A stretch of 58,640 nucleotides of DNA from a virus (lineage: Duplodnaviria > Caudoviricetes). Each line of letters begins with the position of its first letter. Positions within the stretch are counted from its first letter, which is position 1. The DNA lies in the IMG/VR virus record IMGVR_UViG_3300040971_000021, positions 1-58,640 of that record; one strand, 5' to 3'. Position numbers and translations under genes: made by a program. Shown here in pieces: positions 29,428 through 39,597 of this stretch. Under the pieces are notes generated by a model. That model worked only from the letters and a program-made list of their open reading frames with translations. It was not told the origin of the DNA and did not search any database.

Positions 29428-30702
29428 TTACAGATGAACGGCGGTGTCGATTGCGATGACGCCGAAGTCAGTTGGCAGAACGCCGTCAGGCCCATGGTCG
29501 ATGTCAAAGCGGACTTTGCTCTTTCCGTCAACCAGTCCACACATAACTTCCAGCTTATCTTTGAAATCTGTCTCCTCTTCCTCGAAGAAGAAGGGAACGC
29601 CGGACGTTGCGTTGGAACCGTAACCCTCTGCAAGTGCCTGAGCACCGAGAAGGAGCATACGGTCAACGGCATAAGTCCCGGCAGTGAATGAAGCCGGTAC
29701 AAGGTCGGTCGTGGTCTCTGTCTCGCTGGATGCAGTGGCACACCAGTTAATTGCATTCCCGGCATAGAAGCGGATAGGCTTTGGCATCTTCACAATCATA
29801 ACGCCATTCCACAAGCCAACATCGCCACGGAACAGGGCCAGATTGCCAGCAGCAGACGCTCGCTGATATGCCTGGGCCTGTAAAGTCCTAAATGTAGCCT
29901 GTGTTGCAAACGCTGAATACTGAGCAGAGCTTACCAGCAGGATACGGATAGGAGAGTCAGAGGCCATGACATCGCCCTTGAACTTACACGCGCCGGGGGC
30001 CAGTGGCATTTCGTCCAACAGACTAGCAATGGAATCAACCACGCCCATATTCAGCACATCGGTTGTGGTAATACCAACCTCACTACCAGAAGCATTGAAC
30101 TTTTCGATATAGTTGCCAGCAGCCAGATAATGCCGGTTGTTGGTAGGGGCCAGCACAGCATTGACCATGATATCAGCGAAATCAGGGTCAGAAGCCAGAG
30201 GCACAGCCCACTCAACGGTATCATGGAAGCCACGGGAACCTGCCATATGAATCAAGGCTCGCTGATCCTGGCAACGATCCATAAACCCGAAGGAATTTGC
30301 CAGTGCCAGCTTACGGAGTTGATGTTTAGTCCGTTTTTGGGACATCTTGTTACCGCCACTCACAACATACCGTGACTGGTCAATACGAAGACGATCTTGA
30401 TCGAACACCATGGACACGCCACGACCTTGAGCCATACGGCTACCCATGATTGGCTTGCCGCCAGTTGGGTTTACGAAATCAAAAGTGATTTCGTCGCCAG
30501 GGGTTTTTGCCAGATCTTTACATCTTACGATTGGAACTTCGATTGAGGTCTGATTGCGGAGATTGCTTTCCGCCTTGGTCTGGTCGGGAAATTCCCCGGA
30601 AAGACGGTTCATGTTAGTTGGTCTCTGCATATTCGCAGTGAACAGGCCAACCGCCTGTAATACTTGTGCCTGGTCTGCACCATTGGCAATATTTGTAGTC
30701 AT
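29428..30702 (-). CDS. major capsid protein (N4-gp56 / DUF4043 / 933W-like)
   Basis: PIVR.KDL.K.PGDEITF, LFRGDVGLWNGV and DFGVIAIDTA motifs; follows scaffold. Confidence 0.9.
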   Translation of the reverse strand: MTTNIANGADQAQVLQAVGLFTANMQRPTNMNRLSGEFPDQTKAESNLRNQTSIEVPIVRCKDLAKTPGDEITFDFVNPTGGKPIMGSRMAQGRGVSMVFDQDRLRIDQSRYVVSGGNKMSQKRTKHQLRKLALANSFGFMDRCQDQRALIHMAGSRGFHDTVEWAVPLASDPDFADIMVNAVLAPTNNRHYLAAGNYIEKFNASGSEVGITTTDVLNMGVVDSIASLLDEMPLAPGACKFKGDVMASDSPIRILLVSSAQYSAFATQATFRTLQAQAYQRASAAGNLALFRGDVGLWNGVMIVKMPKPIRFYAGNAINWCATASSETETTTDLVPASFTAGTYAVDRMLLLGAQALAEGYGSNATSGVPFFFEEEETDFKDKLEVMCGLVDGKSKVRFDIDHGPDGVLPTDFGVIAIDTAVHL

Positions 30703-30725
30703 AATGATTCCTTTTTATTTATGGG

Positions 30726-31712
30726 CTATCGTACCGCCCTGTTTGCGCGAGATATAATATCTTCGATCTGCTCCCGCGATTTACCTTTTAATTTGTCAGC
30801 CATCCCAGCCGGTGACAGATTCAGCGTTGCCTGTATCTCGTCATGGATAGGGTTAGTGCCACCTGGCACGTCGCCGAGCGATTGTACTGCATTACCCTCA
30901 TCAGCTTTCGCGAGCGCTTCCGCAACCTTCTTTGCAGTTTCTTCAACGGTCAAACCTGATGTATCGCCACCAGTGGCTTTTGTTTCGTCCTTGAAGGCTT
31001 TTACGACATTGGCTACACGTTGCGGGTCACTGCTTACACCATCATTTCTGACACGAACAGAACGGTCATCTGAATTGTACCAATCCCAAAACTTCTGATT
31101 ATCGGGTGCTGTCACTTTCAGATAATCAGGCTCAAACTTAGTGACCTCTGCGTCAAAATCTTGTCTCGCCTGTGCCTCTGCCTGTTCCTGTGCTGTCAGG
31201 TCATCTTTCTGTTGCTTCTCGGCCTTTATTGCCGCAAGTTCGGTTTGTAATGGTTTTATCAGATTCAGGATTTCATTCTTGATACCTGGCAACTCTTCAT
31301 CCAGGTCGTCTAATCTAAACCCTTCCACAACTTCGTCCGTTGCGTCACTGTTACCGGTCTTGTCATCAATCGCCCTTGCTTCAAGCAACTGTTGAATCAT
31401 AACCTTCTGGCTCTCCAGTGTTGCCATTAACGCAGAAGACTGATCTGTCAGTCCGATTACTTTGTCCTTTAAAGAACGGTATTCATCAAAATTGATTGTA
31501 TGTTTCCCGTCTTTCGTAAGGATGACCGCTTCTTCCTGTTTTACTTCTGGTTCGACTATTTTCTCAAGCTCTGGCTGTGCCTGAATTTCCTCGGTCGGTT
31601 TTTCAACTTCCAAGGTTTCGCCATCTTTTGAGTCTTCACCATTCACCATGTTCATGATATCTTCACGCGACATTCCTGCCATGCTGGACATCATTTCATC
31701 TACATTTTCCAT
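30726..31712 (-). CDS. capsid scaffolding protein
   Basis: Acidic helical protein, ILTKDGKHTI motif, directly upstream of capsid gene. Confidence 0.75.
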   Translation of the reverse strand: MENVDEMMSSMAGMSREDIMNMVNGEDSKDGETLEVEKPTEEIQAQPELEKIVEPEVKQEEAVILTKDGKHTINFDEYRSLKDKVIGLTDQSSALMATLESQKVMIQQLLEARAIDDKTGNSDATDEVVEGFRLDDLDEELPGIKNEILNLIKPLQTELAAIKAEKQQKDDLTAQEQAEAQARQDFDAEVTKFEPDYLKVTAPDNQKFWDWYNSDDRSVRVRNDGVSSDPQRVANVVKAFKDETKATGGDTSGLTVEETAKKVAEALAKADEGNAVQSLGDVPGGTNPIHDEIQATLNLSPAGMADKLKGKSREQIEDIISRANRAVR

Positions 31713-31779
31713 TTACTGCTCCTCTGGCCATGTATCGTCATAGCCCACGATGTTAGAGGGTTTTGGCATTACTGCCGGT

Positions 31780-32061
31780 TTATCCGTTAAGGATGTATTG
31801 TTCGATTGTCTTTGCCTTTTCTATCAGTCCTTCCGTGGTTTTAGAGGTAGTGGCATCATCACACATGCTTATATTTGACTGTCCAAGAACACACTGTACT
31901 GCAAACTTTCTAACCTCTGCATTATTCTCCGACATATTCACTATATGATTCATAATGATTTCCATTCCCCTATCAATCCTGTGCATCGTCTTCAACATCT
32001 GGTCTATATTGTATTTATCCTCTTCCGTGGATGATATTGCCTTTTTTTCAGATCCAAACAT
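31780..32061 (-). CDS. hypothetical protein (moron-like insertion)
   Basis: GGAG RBS before ATG 32061; flanked by duplicated intergenic sequence. Confidence 0.6.
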   Translation of the reverse strand: MFGSEKKAISSTEEDKYNIDQMLKTMHRIDRGMEIIMNHIVNMSENNAEVRKFAVQCVLGQSNISMCDDATTSKTTEGLIEKAKTIEQYILNG

Positions 32062-32125
32062 TTTAATTCTCCCTGCCAATTATCGCATTGGCCGCGTTGT
32101 AAGGGGTTTTTGGCATTGCTGCCGG

Positions 32126-32674
32126 TTAGGTAATTATTGCTCCGTTAATTCCGATAACTACCCACTTCGCGCCACATGCGGCGAGAATCATGGTATCACT
32201 AACAGCGGCAAATGTGCATGTCGTGCCCGCACTCGCCCCGGCAACGTTGTTGACATTCGTTAAAGCCATAGTCACATCACCATTATCAACTGTCATGCGG
32301 ATAGTCTTGATCTGGCCCGCCATGATAGCGTTAGGGGCAGCGAGAGTCACAGCTCCCGCACCAACGAGAGCAAGATTGCTGGTCTTCAGCAAGACCGACA
32401 CCGCCCCTGCCGCCGCAATCGTTTCTGTTTGCGCCGACACATCAGCAGCGAAGTTCAGTTCCGCTGTAGTTGCGGTCATATTGTCAAGGGTATTCAGTTC
32501 AGCACCACTGGCCGTAACCTGCGACACAGTAAAGACTGACGAATTGTCCTGATAGAAAGCGATACACTCATCATCTACCCATCTGGTATTACCGTTCTTC
32601 CAATAGACAGGCGGGTTCTGTGCTTCAAGTTGGCCTTCTGTGCCGGTTCCGCTATATGTTACGAGATAACTCAT
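32126..32674 (-). CDS. putative head fibre / virion protein
   Basis: ASGAELN/ATTAELN repeats, A/G/T-rich. Confidence 0.6.
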   Translation of the reverse strand: MSYLVTYSGTGTEGQLEAQNPPVYWKNGNTRWVDDECIAFYQDNSSVFTVSQVTASGAELNTLDNMTATTAELNFAADVSAQTETIAAAGAVSVLLKTSNLALVGAGAVTLAAPNAIMAGQIKTIRMTVDNGDVTMALTNVNNVAGASAGTTCTFAAVSDTMILAACGAKWVVIGINGAIIT

Positions 32675-32841
32675 AGTTTTATTTCCTCGGCATCAACGCT
32701 GATGCACCCAAAGTTTCCATTGTTGAATTCCATATCTTCCACTGGCGTCCTGAACGCAGACGCAACCTTTTCGGCTGTCAATTTAAGGCAAATACATGGC
32801 TTTCCGATCCCGCCTTGGCAATACTCGCATCTGTGTTCCAT
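32671..32841 (-). CDS. small Cys-rich hypothetical protein
   Basis: AAGGAG RBS before ATG 32841. Confidence 0.5.
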   Translation of the reverse strand: MEHRCEYCQGGIGKPCICLKLTAEKVASAFRTPVEDMEFNNGNFGCISVDAEEIKL

Positions 32842-33194
32842 TATAGTTGCACTCCTTGAGGTGGTGAACCTACACAAGTAAATAAATGCACGACGCTATG
32901 GATTGCTTCCTTGCGGGTTTTCCCAGCCCCTCCCCACCAGACTGTTGGGGTTGCTTCTTCGGACTTTATCTGCGCCTTAAAAGTGCCATTATCGCCAGTA
33001 CTTACACGTAGCTCAAAAACTTCATTATTGCGATCTTCAGATATTTCGATCTCCTTTTCATCCAGCTTATCAGCCATTAACCTCAACGCTTCTTGCGGAG
33101 TCTTTCCATGTTCCAGAATAGGTATGTCCCGATACGAGATATCAAAACCCTCTTCGGCAGAACCAAACATTATAATAACGCTCTTATCGCTCAT
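32841..33194 (-). CDS. hypothetical protein (HicB-N-like G.T..EA motifs)
   Basis: HGKTPQEAL and AGKTRKEAI. Confidence 0.55.
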   Translation of the reverse strand: MSDKSVIIMFGSAEEGFDISYRDIPILEHGKTPQEALRLMADKLDEKEIEISEDRNNEVFELRVSTGDNGTFKAQIKSEEATPTVWWGGAGKTRKEAIHSVVHLFTCVGSPPQGVQL

Positions 33195-33208
33195 ATCTCT
33201 ACCCGTCC

Positions 33209-33487
33209 TTATTTTCTATGCAGAGCCTCTTTAAGCCCTCTCAAGCATGATCCCGCGTTCTTCCTCCAATCTCGGAATGGATATTTCCCACTATCAATAT
33301 TCTGCTCAAAACGGCGGATGTCACGTGTCAAACTTTCCCTGTCTTTGCCGATTCCACTTGATAATCCCATAAGGAATATCGGGTGTTTTCCATTGTGTAT
33401 CCCAATCGTGTGAAAAAACCACCCAAAGATTCCTCCATATTTTCTGTAGAACCGGGAAAACACCTTAATATCTTCAGTAATTTGCAT
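33209..33487 (-). CDS. hypothetical protein
   Basis: TAATG coupling to portal stop. Confidence 0.5.
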   Translation of the reverse strand: MQITEDIKVFSRFYRKYGGIFGWFFHTIGIHNGKHPIFLMGLSSGIGKDRESLTRDIRRFEQNIDSGKYPFRDWRKNAGSCLRGLKEALHRK

Positions 33488-35727
33488 TACAACTGCACCC
33501 ATGGGGCCTCAATGCCTTGGTTTAATCCTTCGTCTGCTTCCGGCATGGCTGCATCCATCGGCGGGATCTGTTTCTCTATGTCTGGCTCCTGCACTCGCGG
33601 CGGGAACATGGGACTGGTGTTCTGTTGGACTTCTGGGGCTACCTGTTCCGTTGGTGCATTTACCGCTACCGCAATCGGAGCAATAATGGGGGCAGCATCT
33701 TGATCTCTAAACCCTGCTGATTTTAGGACTTGGTCGGCTACAGGAACAACTGCACTCATTGCTACCGCCTGTCCTGCTCCCTGGATTGAGGTGTAAAACT
33801 CTTCCAGCCGCAGAGAGATTGTCTCTTCAACAAGTTTCTCAATCTCTGCGTCCGTCTTGCGCTCTTTTATGTCAAGCTCTCTGTTCTTCTGTTCAACGAG
33901 CCATTGCGTTTTAGCCTCTTCAATCGCCTGTTTGATTCGTTCCGTTACCTGCTCTTCGCTTATTTGTTTATTGTCAATAATGCCCTTGATGACGCCAATG
34001 ACTTCTTCCTTATCTGGAAGATCCATGAGGTTGACAAGGTATGGAGTCAATGCGGCCTTAAACTCATCTGGCAACGTCTGGATAATGTCGCTCAATTCCT
34101 GCATCTTCATCTGTCGGAAGCTTGGCGTACTTGGTATCTCAGCAAGCGTGACTTTCAGTTTTGCCTTTGAAGTCGCATTCAGTATTCTTTCATTACCTTC
34201 TTCGTCAATCACCCTTGCATTCAAAACAATGGGCTTGTCCGGACGAATCATATTCCCCTTAACGACTACTTGGCTTTCCTTGTCGCCAATATCTTTGAGG
34301 ATCATAGACATGAGCAGGTCGCCCACCTGTTGCCGTCCGTATGCAAAATTATCATTAACCGTTGCCAGTCCTTGAACTGATTGCTCTATTGCTTGGCTCA
34401 TTGCGCCAGCATTATCAGGGTTAGCCTGGCCAGCTATTGCGTCAGAGATGTGGGATATCCTCTTTGCTGTCTCTCTTAAATCAATCAGCCTTTCATATTG
34501 TTGTTTGTTAAGCTCTGGGTTGCGATTTATCTTTAAATATCCACCTTGGGCAATCAAGGATGCATCGGTGATGATATCGGCGTCCGGTCTTGCTATTTCA
34601 TTCCGGAATATCTCATCCGTCATCAGTACGAAGTCTTTGCTTCGTTCAGTCTGGACTGATCCAAGCAACCACATCATCTTTGAAATCCGGGCGTTTATTT
34701 CATCCTGCAAAGGTATTAGCCATCTAACAGTACCAAAAGGAACGCCAGTGCCATCTTCGCGCTTACCCCAGAAAGGAACATAATTAATGCGGTCAAACTC
34801 GCTTACCGCCTCACCCAGCTTATGCGGGCCCATAAAGAAAGACTTGGTGATCTGGTCAACAAGTGCATTCTCTATTCTCGTCCCAGCAGTAACCGCCATA
34901 ATGTGTAGAGGATCGGCTTTATCGAATCGAACAGCGTCACCATTTTCCAGCCGGAGGAATTTAACCTGTTCCCATCTCCGCCTTGACAACTCAAACAGAC
35001 AAACACGGTTATTCTCAGGGGTTCTCCATTCTATCTCATCAACAGTCCAGCCGCGCTCAATCTCTTGCGACTGCGCCATTTCTGTTGATCTGCCACCGTC
35101 TCTGACTAGAACTGAAAGGTCATCAATCCAGCCGCCACCAGAAGACAGGATAATGTCTCTGCTTTTGGGGAACATAGATGCGGCGATTTCAACATTCGTC
35201 CACGTCTTACGGAGAAACCATTCCGCCTTATCGAAATCAGGGGTTAAATCTGTCCAGTCCCAATAGCAAGAATTTCTATGCACAAAACTGCAACGATAAG
35301 GGAACTTCATCGGGTTTTTACTCCGACATACTTCGACAAATCCTATTCCCACCTTTGCTTGGCTTGCATATGCCTCAGTACAGGCTTTATCTGCCCCTGA
35401 TCGTCTTTCTGCTTGGTTCAGCTTGTAGTTTGTAGCTAGTGCAATATCATCCGCTTCTTTGTCATGGTCTCCATCTGGGAGGACTTTCCAGTCAGTGCGT
35501 GTCTTCGCTTCCATCCCGGTGATATCTTCCATTGCCGGACCGATAAAGTTCTCGTATATCGGGGCAATACCAATCGCCGCCATCTCTTTTAATGTTGCAG
35601 AGTCGCGCTGGTTACCTGAATCGTAATCCATTTCCTTATCGGCCTGTGCTCTCCACGACGGCTGATATTGGATATGGTCGATTACATTCGCCAGGTACAC
35701 ATGATCTGTGTCTAACTTAACTGTCAT
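33487..35727 (-). CDS. portal protein (P22-like)
   Basis: 746 aa after terminase; WR..A...DY..GNQ, YVPFWG and QDEINARISK motifs. Confidence 0.9.
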   Translation of the reverse strand: MTVKLDTDHVYLANVIDHIQYQPSWRAQADKEMDYDSGNQRDSATLKEMAAIGIAPIYENFIGPAMEDITGMEAKTRTDWKVLPDGDHDKEADDIALATNYKLNQAERRSGADKACTEAYASQAKVGIGFVEVCRSKNPMKFPYRCSFVHRNSCYWDWTDLTPDFDKAEWFLRKTWTNVEIAASMFPKSRDIILSSGGGWIDDLSVLVRDGGRSTEMAQSQEIERGWTVDEIEWRTPENNRVCLFELSRRRWEQVKFLRLENGDAVRFDKADPLHIMAVTAGTRIENALVDQITKSFFMGPHKLGEAVSEFDRINYVPFWGKREDGTGVPFGTVRWLIPLQDEINARISKMMWLLGSVQTERSKDFVLMTDEIFRNEIARPDADIITDASLIAQGGYLKINRNPELNKQQYERLIDLRETAKRISHISDAIAGQANPDNAGAMSQAIEQSVQGLATVNDNFAYGRQQVGDLLMSMILKDIGDKESQVVVKGNMIRPDKPIVLNARVIDEEGNERILNATSKAKLKVTLAEIPSTPSFRQMKMQELSDIIQTLPDEFKAALTPYLVNLMDLPDKEEVIGVIKGIIDNKQISEEQVTERIKQAIEEAKTQWLVEQKNRELDIKERKTDAEIEKLVEETISLRLEEFYTSIQGAGQAVAMSAVVPVADQVLKSAGFRDQDAAPIIAPIAVAVNAPTEQVAPEVQQNTSPMFPPRVQEPDIEKQIPPMDAAMPEADEGLNQGIEAPWVQL

Positions 35728-37163
35728 CTGGCTCTCCAGTTTATTGCAGGGCGGGCTTTTGATTGGATATCAGACGTTGCCTTATCATCAAATCTCATTC
35801 CCATCATCAATGCATCTGACAAGTTGGGGGATTTTATCTTTAATCGCTTCATATCGGGCTTCGACATTATCTGTATCATCCCATTTGCATTATGCTTTTT
35901 AGGTACTCTGCACACTTCTGATTTTAAAGCTACAAGACATTTTATATCAGATGATATGCTTATCGTTTTATCTGGGTTTATATATTCTCCCTTTACCACT
36001 GCACGATATGTATTAAAAAACCTATCCCTCATCGCCCAATAATATTGCGCTCGCTTGTTCTTAAATATCTCTTGGTTCGTCTTTCTGTTCTCTTGTGCAG
36101 TTTTCCCGGTATCCTCGTAGATTTCCTCTGGCCTATCCACACCCTCAGACCCCTTAAACATCGACCATTTTGTATGCTTACTGTTTAGAGAGTCTGACAC
36201 CTGCCTTTTTAGTGATACGCCAAGACCATCACAGTCCCATAAAAATAAATCAGCGTTTTCCGTTAGTGCTTTTTCTAGAGCCCAGTCCATTCCGTCTGCT
36301 GCGTCACCATTTGACATTAAATCAACATCAGTGACAACTGAACCATGCCTGACGGCCAACCCTTTATCATCTGTGCCTTCGTCTGATGGATCAAACGACA
36401 CGATCTTTGCGCCTTGGGGCTTGAACCCTAATTTTATATGAGCATCTACGGCGGCATCAAACCATTCTGCTGCAATAATTGATCCCTCAACTGTGTCGTT
36501 ATACGCACCAAGCCAGATATGATCGTATTCTGCCCTTGGAAGTGTATCAAAGTCATGGACACGCTCCTGTTCAAGGTTAGACGGAAACCATGGGTTGTCT
36601 GTGTAGTTTATTTTTATAATCAAGTGAAGATCATCTTCATAAAACCCATCTCGGTCCAACTGCTCACGATAAGGCTCAATGAATCTCTGGCTAATAGGGT
36701 CCGCACTAGACATTGTGTTTAGCGAGAACCAGCATTCAGAATCTTCTTCCCTTAGTGTTGGAGTTAGTAGCTTCAGAGATTCTTTGCTGAGGAACTGGGC
36801 CTCTTCTACCCAGAAATATTTAAACCCATACATAGACTTAACGCTTCCGGCAGAACGGGAAAGACCTTTAAACCTAAAGCCACCACCTGAAATATTATCA
36901 ATGTGCGTTTTTCCACACTCATAGCCGGGAGCTTTCATCCTTTCTATCTCGCCAACAAGCAACGCATGAACCGAATCCTCTATCGCATTTTGATATTCAC
37001 GGAAACAACCAACCTTCGCCCCCTCGACTTGTGATTTCATTATCAGCATGTCAGCAAATGATTGTGACTTACACGCTCCACGGCCACCGAATGCAACTTT
37101 AAACCGCTTCTTGGTTGTCAAGAATGGCAAAAGCTTTTCAGGGATGGTCATGTGTAGATTCAT
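35724..37163 (-). CDS. terL: terminase large subunit (PBSX family)
   Basis: GGRGACKS Walker A, FWVEEA Walker B, FDPSDEG nuclease motif, SPNLSDA. Confidence 0.95.
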   Translation of the reverse strand: MNLHMTIPEKLLPFLTTKKRFKVAFGGRGACKSQSFADMLIMKSQVEGAKVGCFREYQNAIEDSVHALLVGEIERMKAPGYECGKTHIDNISGGGFRFKGLSRSAGSVKSMYGFKYFWVEEAQFLSKESLKLLTPTLREEDSECWFSLNTMSSADPISQRFIEPYREQLDRDGFYEDDLHLIIKINYTDNPWFPSNLEQERVHDFDTLPRAEYDHIWLGAYNDTVEGSIIAAEWFDAAVDAHIKLGFKPQGAKIVSFDPSDEGTDDKGLAVRHGSVVTDVDLMSNGDAADGMDWALEKALTENADLFLWDCDGLGVSLKRQVSDSLNSKHTKWSMFKGSEGVDRPEEIYEDTGKTAQENRKTNQEIFKNKRAQYYWAMRDRFFNTYRAVVKGEYINPDKTISISSDIKCLVALKSEVCRVPKKHNANGMIQIMSKPDMKRLKIKSPNLSDALMMGMRFDDKATSDIQSKARPAINWRAR

Positions 37164-37417
37164 TTAGATATAACCTCGACTGTCCACTTCCCTGTTATCG
37201 GGCCACCATCTCCACCTGTTACCTGCGTTGGGAGAACCTTACCAATCAATGTCATAAACGCCGTGGGGTTCTTCTTTGCTTGCAGTAGTAAATACTTTTC
37301 GCCTCCTGCTTTATCGAGTGCAGCAAGTATCATCTGCTTAATATCCACGGTTATTTTATTAGGAGACCCTTTTGGTCTTCCTTGCCCCGGCTTATTTTTA
37401 AACCCTTCGCCAGCCAT
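37160..37417 (-). CDS. terS: terminase small subunit
   Basis: GRPKGSPNK.T motif, ...TGGDGGPI; coupled to terL. Confidence 0.8.
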   Translation of the reverse strand: MAGEGFKNKPGQGRPKGSPNKITVDIKQMILAALDKAGGEKYLLLQAKKNPTAFMTLIGKVLPTQVTGGDGGPITGKWTVEVISK

Positions 37418-37500
37418 TGTTATTTACTTGTCTCCCGTAGGTGGACACCTGGCATTTCGTAACGATAAATCAATGATTTAAGTTTTTGTATAATTCCCAC

Positions 37501-37785
37501 TTAATTCCTCTCCAGCCCTTCTTGCATCATCATCTCATAAGCGGTCAGCTCTCTATCACAAGCAGGATCAACGCCGTTCATATGCGGCTTCTCATGTCCT
37601 TTTAGCTTTTCGCTCATGTCCTTGTAGTAATCTTTCACGGTTGCAGATTCATGTGCGGTCGGTAGTTGCATTGCTTCAACCTCCTGACAGATTTTCTGAT
37701 GCCGTTTTCTCTTACGGAATATCTCTTCGTAATTATCACGGCCTTGAGCTGTAAATGAGTGACATGAAAAATTACCCTTTGACAT
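37501..37785 (-). CDS. hypothetical protein
   Basis: 94 aa ORF. Confidence 0.55.
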   Translation of the reverse strand: MSKGNFSCHSFTAQGRDNYEEIFRKRKRHQKICQEVEAMQLPTAHESATVKDYYKDMSEKLKGHEKPHMNGVDPACDRELTAYEMMMQEGLERN

Positions 37786-37802
37786 CCTATAATCCTTAAA
37801 AT

Positions 37803-37897
37803 AAAAAAGCCCCGGCCAATAGACGTTAATCTATCGACTGTGGCTTGGTTTGCTTTCCCGGTATTCACACAGGAAGCATGTTTAAGCTAATTATGTG
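37803..37897 (-). promoter_or_regulatory. two-hairpin leader with terminator, copy B
   Basis: GCTTCCT-GTGTGAATACc-GGGAAAGC hairpin, then AAGCC...GGCTTTTTT. Confidence 0.55.
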
Positions 37898-38095
37898 CTA
37901 TACTAAACTGTACTCTGCTGGCTCGTCTTTCCCTGTTACTGAAACAACGCCGCCTTGGTAATACTTAACTCTGATAATCCTGTCGCCGCTACCCGGCAAC
38001 CCTTCATCAATCATAGCGCAGATAGCCAGCTTTGCCTCTTCCCGACGATCTGCTTTCTTTGCATTACGAAATGATCTGTCAGGTTTGTCTAGCAT
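37898..38095 (-). CDS. hypothetical protein
   Basis: 65 aa ORF. Confidence 0.5.
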   Translation of the reverse strand: MLDKPDRSFRNAKKADRREEAKLAICAMIDEGLPGSGDRIIRVKYYQGGVVSVTGKDEPAEYSLV

Positions 38096-38155
38096 GGCTC
38101 AATGTTTTATTCATTATATATTAAATTTAACGTATTTACAAATAAATTCTTTTAC

Positions 38156-38232
38156 TGGAGCCTCTTCCTGGAATCGAACCAAGTTCACCGATTTACAAGA
38201 CCGGGCATCATCCTGTTAAATGTTTAAGAGGC
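38156..38232 (-). tRNA. tRNA-Thr(TGT)
   Basis: Acceptor GCCTCTT/AAGAGGC, anticodon loop CT-TGT-AA, T-loop TTCGATT, encoded CCA; D-arm somewhat atypical. Confidence 0.8.
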
Positions 38233-38274
38233 ATCATTGATTATGCGGGCTTGGATGTGGCTCTTGTCGCTCAT

Positions 38275-38586
38275 TCAATAAAGCCCCTCACTGAACAAGG
38301 TTTCTTTGTCACCACCACACCCACGAACAATGTCAACTTTCTGTCCTGATGCAATCGCGATTTTCATTGCTTCTTCCCGTGTGAGAAAGTCCCCAAACTG
38401 ATCAATAAATCCTTGTTCCCATCCATTACCCAACGGCCTACTGCTCTTTATTGCCACTAATTGAGATAGCATGACTTTATCAAAGTGCCTTGCTCCTGCT
38501 ATTACGACAGAGCCACTACGACAAGCTGCACACACAACTACCTGTTGCGGTTTGATTAGGCCATTGTCTTTCCAATAGTCGCTCAT
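38275..38586 (-). CDS. conserved phage hypothetical protein
   Basis: VVCAA..GARH..EQGFIDQFG.FLTREEA..LFSE.LY family pattern. Confidence 0.75.
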   Translation of the reverse strand: MSDYWKDNGLIKPQQVVVCAACRSGSVVIAGARHFDKVMLSQLVAIKSSRPLGNGWEQGFIDQFGDFLTREEAMKIAIASGQKVDIVRGCGGDKETLFSEGLY

Positions 38587-38732
38587 TCAACAGCCTCCCG
38601 TGAAAGTGGAGTGATATTATCATTCGGCCATCGTTTGTTGTAGAACACTGCGTCAGGCTTCACCTTTCCAGTATATTGATGGCATGTGGTATCGCAGTCT
38701 TTCTTCGCTTTGTCACAGCAGCAGATAAGCAT
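38583..38732 (-). CDS. small Cys-rich protein (49 aa)
   Basis: Hand-read ORF coupled at both ends. Confidence 0.45.
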   Translation of the reverse strand: MLICCCDKAKKDCDTTCHQYTGKVKPDAVFYNKRWPNDNITPLSREAVE

Positions 38733-39002
38733 TTATTGTGTTGCTCTAACAAATTTAGGGTGCAAAATATCCCTATAGTTGGCATGTGTCGCTGCTTTGT
38801 CGCCGCTACCTTGCCAATTCAGCGCATCATACTTTCCTGTGAATACGTGCCATGCTATGCGGCATCGCCAACTAAAGTAACGCAATCCAGAGAACGCACA
38901 TGGTCTGGCTGACCTCCATTTACCACAAGTGACCTCTTCAGACACATGCCACAATGCTATTTCAGATGCTGTATAAACTTGCGGGACCCTAATATCCATC
39001 AT
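38733..39002 (-). CDS. conserved phage hypothetical protein
   Basis: W..ARP...R.R.AW.VFTGK.DAL.W motif. Confidence 0.7.
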   Translation of the reverse strand: MMDIRVPQVYTASEIALWHVSEEVTCGKWRSARPCAFSGLRYFSWRCRIAWHVFTGKYDALNWQGSGDKAATHANYRDILHPKFVRATQ

Positions 39003-39231
39003 TTCCTCTCCATATCTAGCAAACGTGTAACAATAGCAGTAGTATCAACAGCTCCATGGCAAGCATCACGGCATTCGTTATAGCGACACGGTCAGCACTT
39101 CCATAATTTTACTAACTGAATAATCTTATCACATCTGCTTGCGGTTTGCAAATATAAACACGCTATATTTGGTGGTTGTGTTGTTTTTTATCGGAGGATA
39201 TTAAAAGAAAGGAAAAAAGGTAAAATAATCT

Positions 39232-39268
39232 TTGACAATACTTTTGATTTGGCTTATATTAAAAGCAT
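39232..39268 (+). promoter_or_regulatory. strong early sigma70 promoter with overlapping inverted repeat (putative operator)
   Basis: TTGACA(39232)-17 bp-TATATT(39255), A-rich upstream element; ATACTTTTGAT/ATTAAAAGCAT 9/11 inverted repeat. Confidence 0.75.
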
Positions 39269-39312
39269 AGAGGATGGATTGAAGCAAATAAACAATTAAC
39301 GGAGGAAATAAA

Positions 39313-39594
39313 ATGAGAACATTATCAGAGATCAGAGGCGCCGTTGAGGAGTTAGGACAGGCAACACTGGCATTTTTGCCAGAGGATTGTTTGTATCAGG
39401 AGGAACAACGGCTTGAAAGAGTCGTCTCTGAGCTGAAACAGGCAGTGGGAGATCCCTGCCTCGTTTTTAACAACGCGGACCAACTCGCCGACCAAAAGGC
39501 GAAAACCCGGAGGCGGATAGAAGACCGCCTCCGTAGATGCGACGACGAAGTTTGGATCGTCGCAAAACTGCTAGGGATAGACATAGAGTCGTAA
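39313..39594 (+). CDS. early 93-aa protein, copy 1
   Basis: GGAGG RBS; near-identical to 40550-40831; stop lies in a 10-nt partial repeat GTCGTAATCC. Confidence 0.8.
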   Translation: MRTLSEIRGAVEELGQATLAFLPEDCLYQEEQRLERVVSELKQAVGDPCLVFNNADQLADQKAKTRRRIEDRLRRCDDEVWIVAKLLGIDIES

Positions 39595-39597
39595 TCC

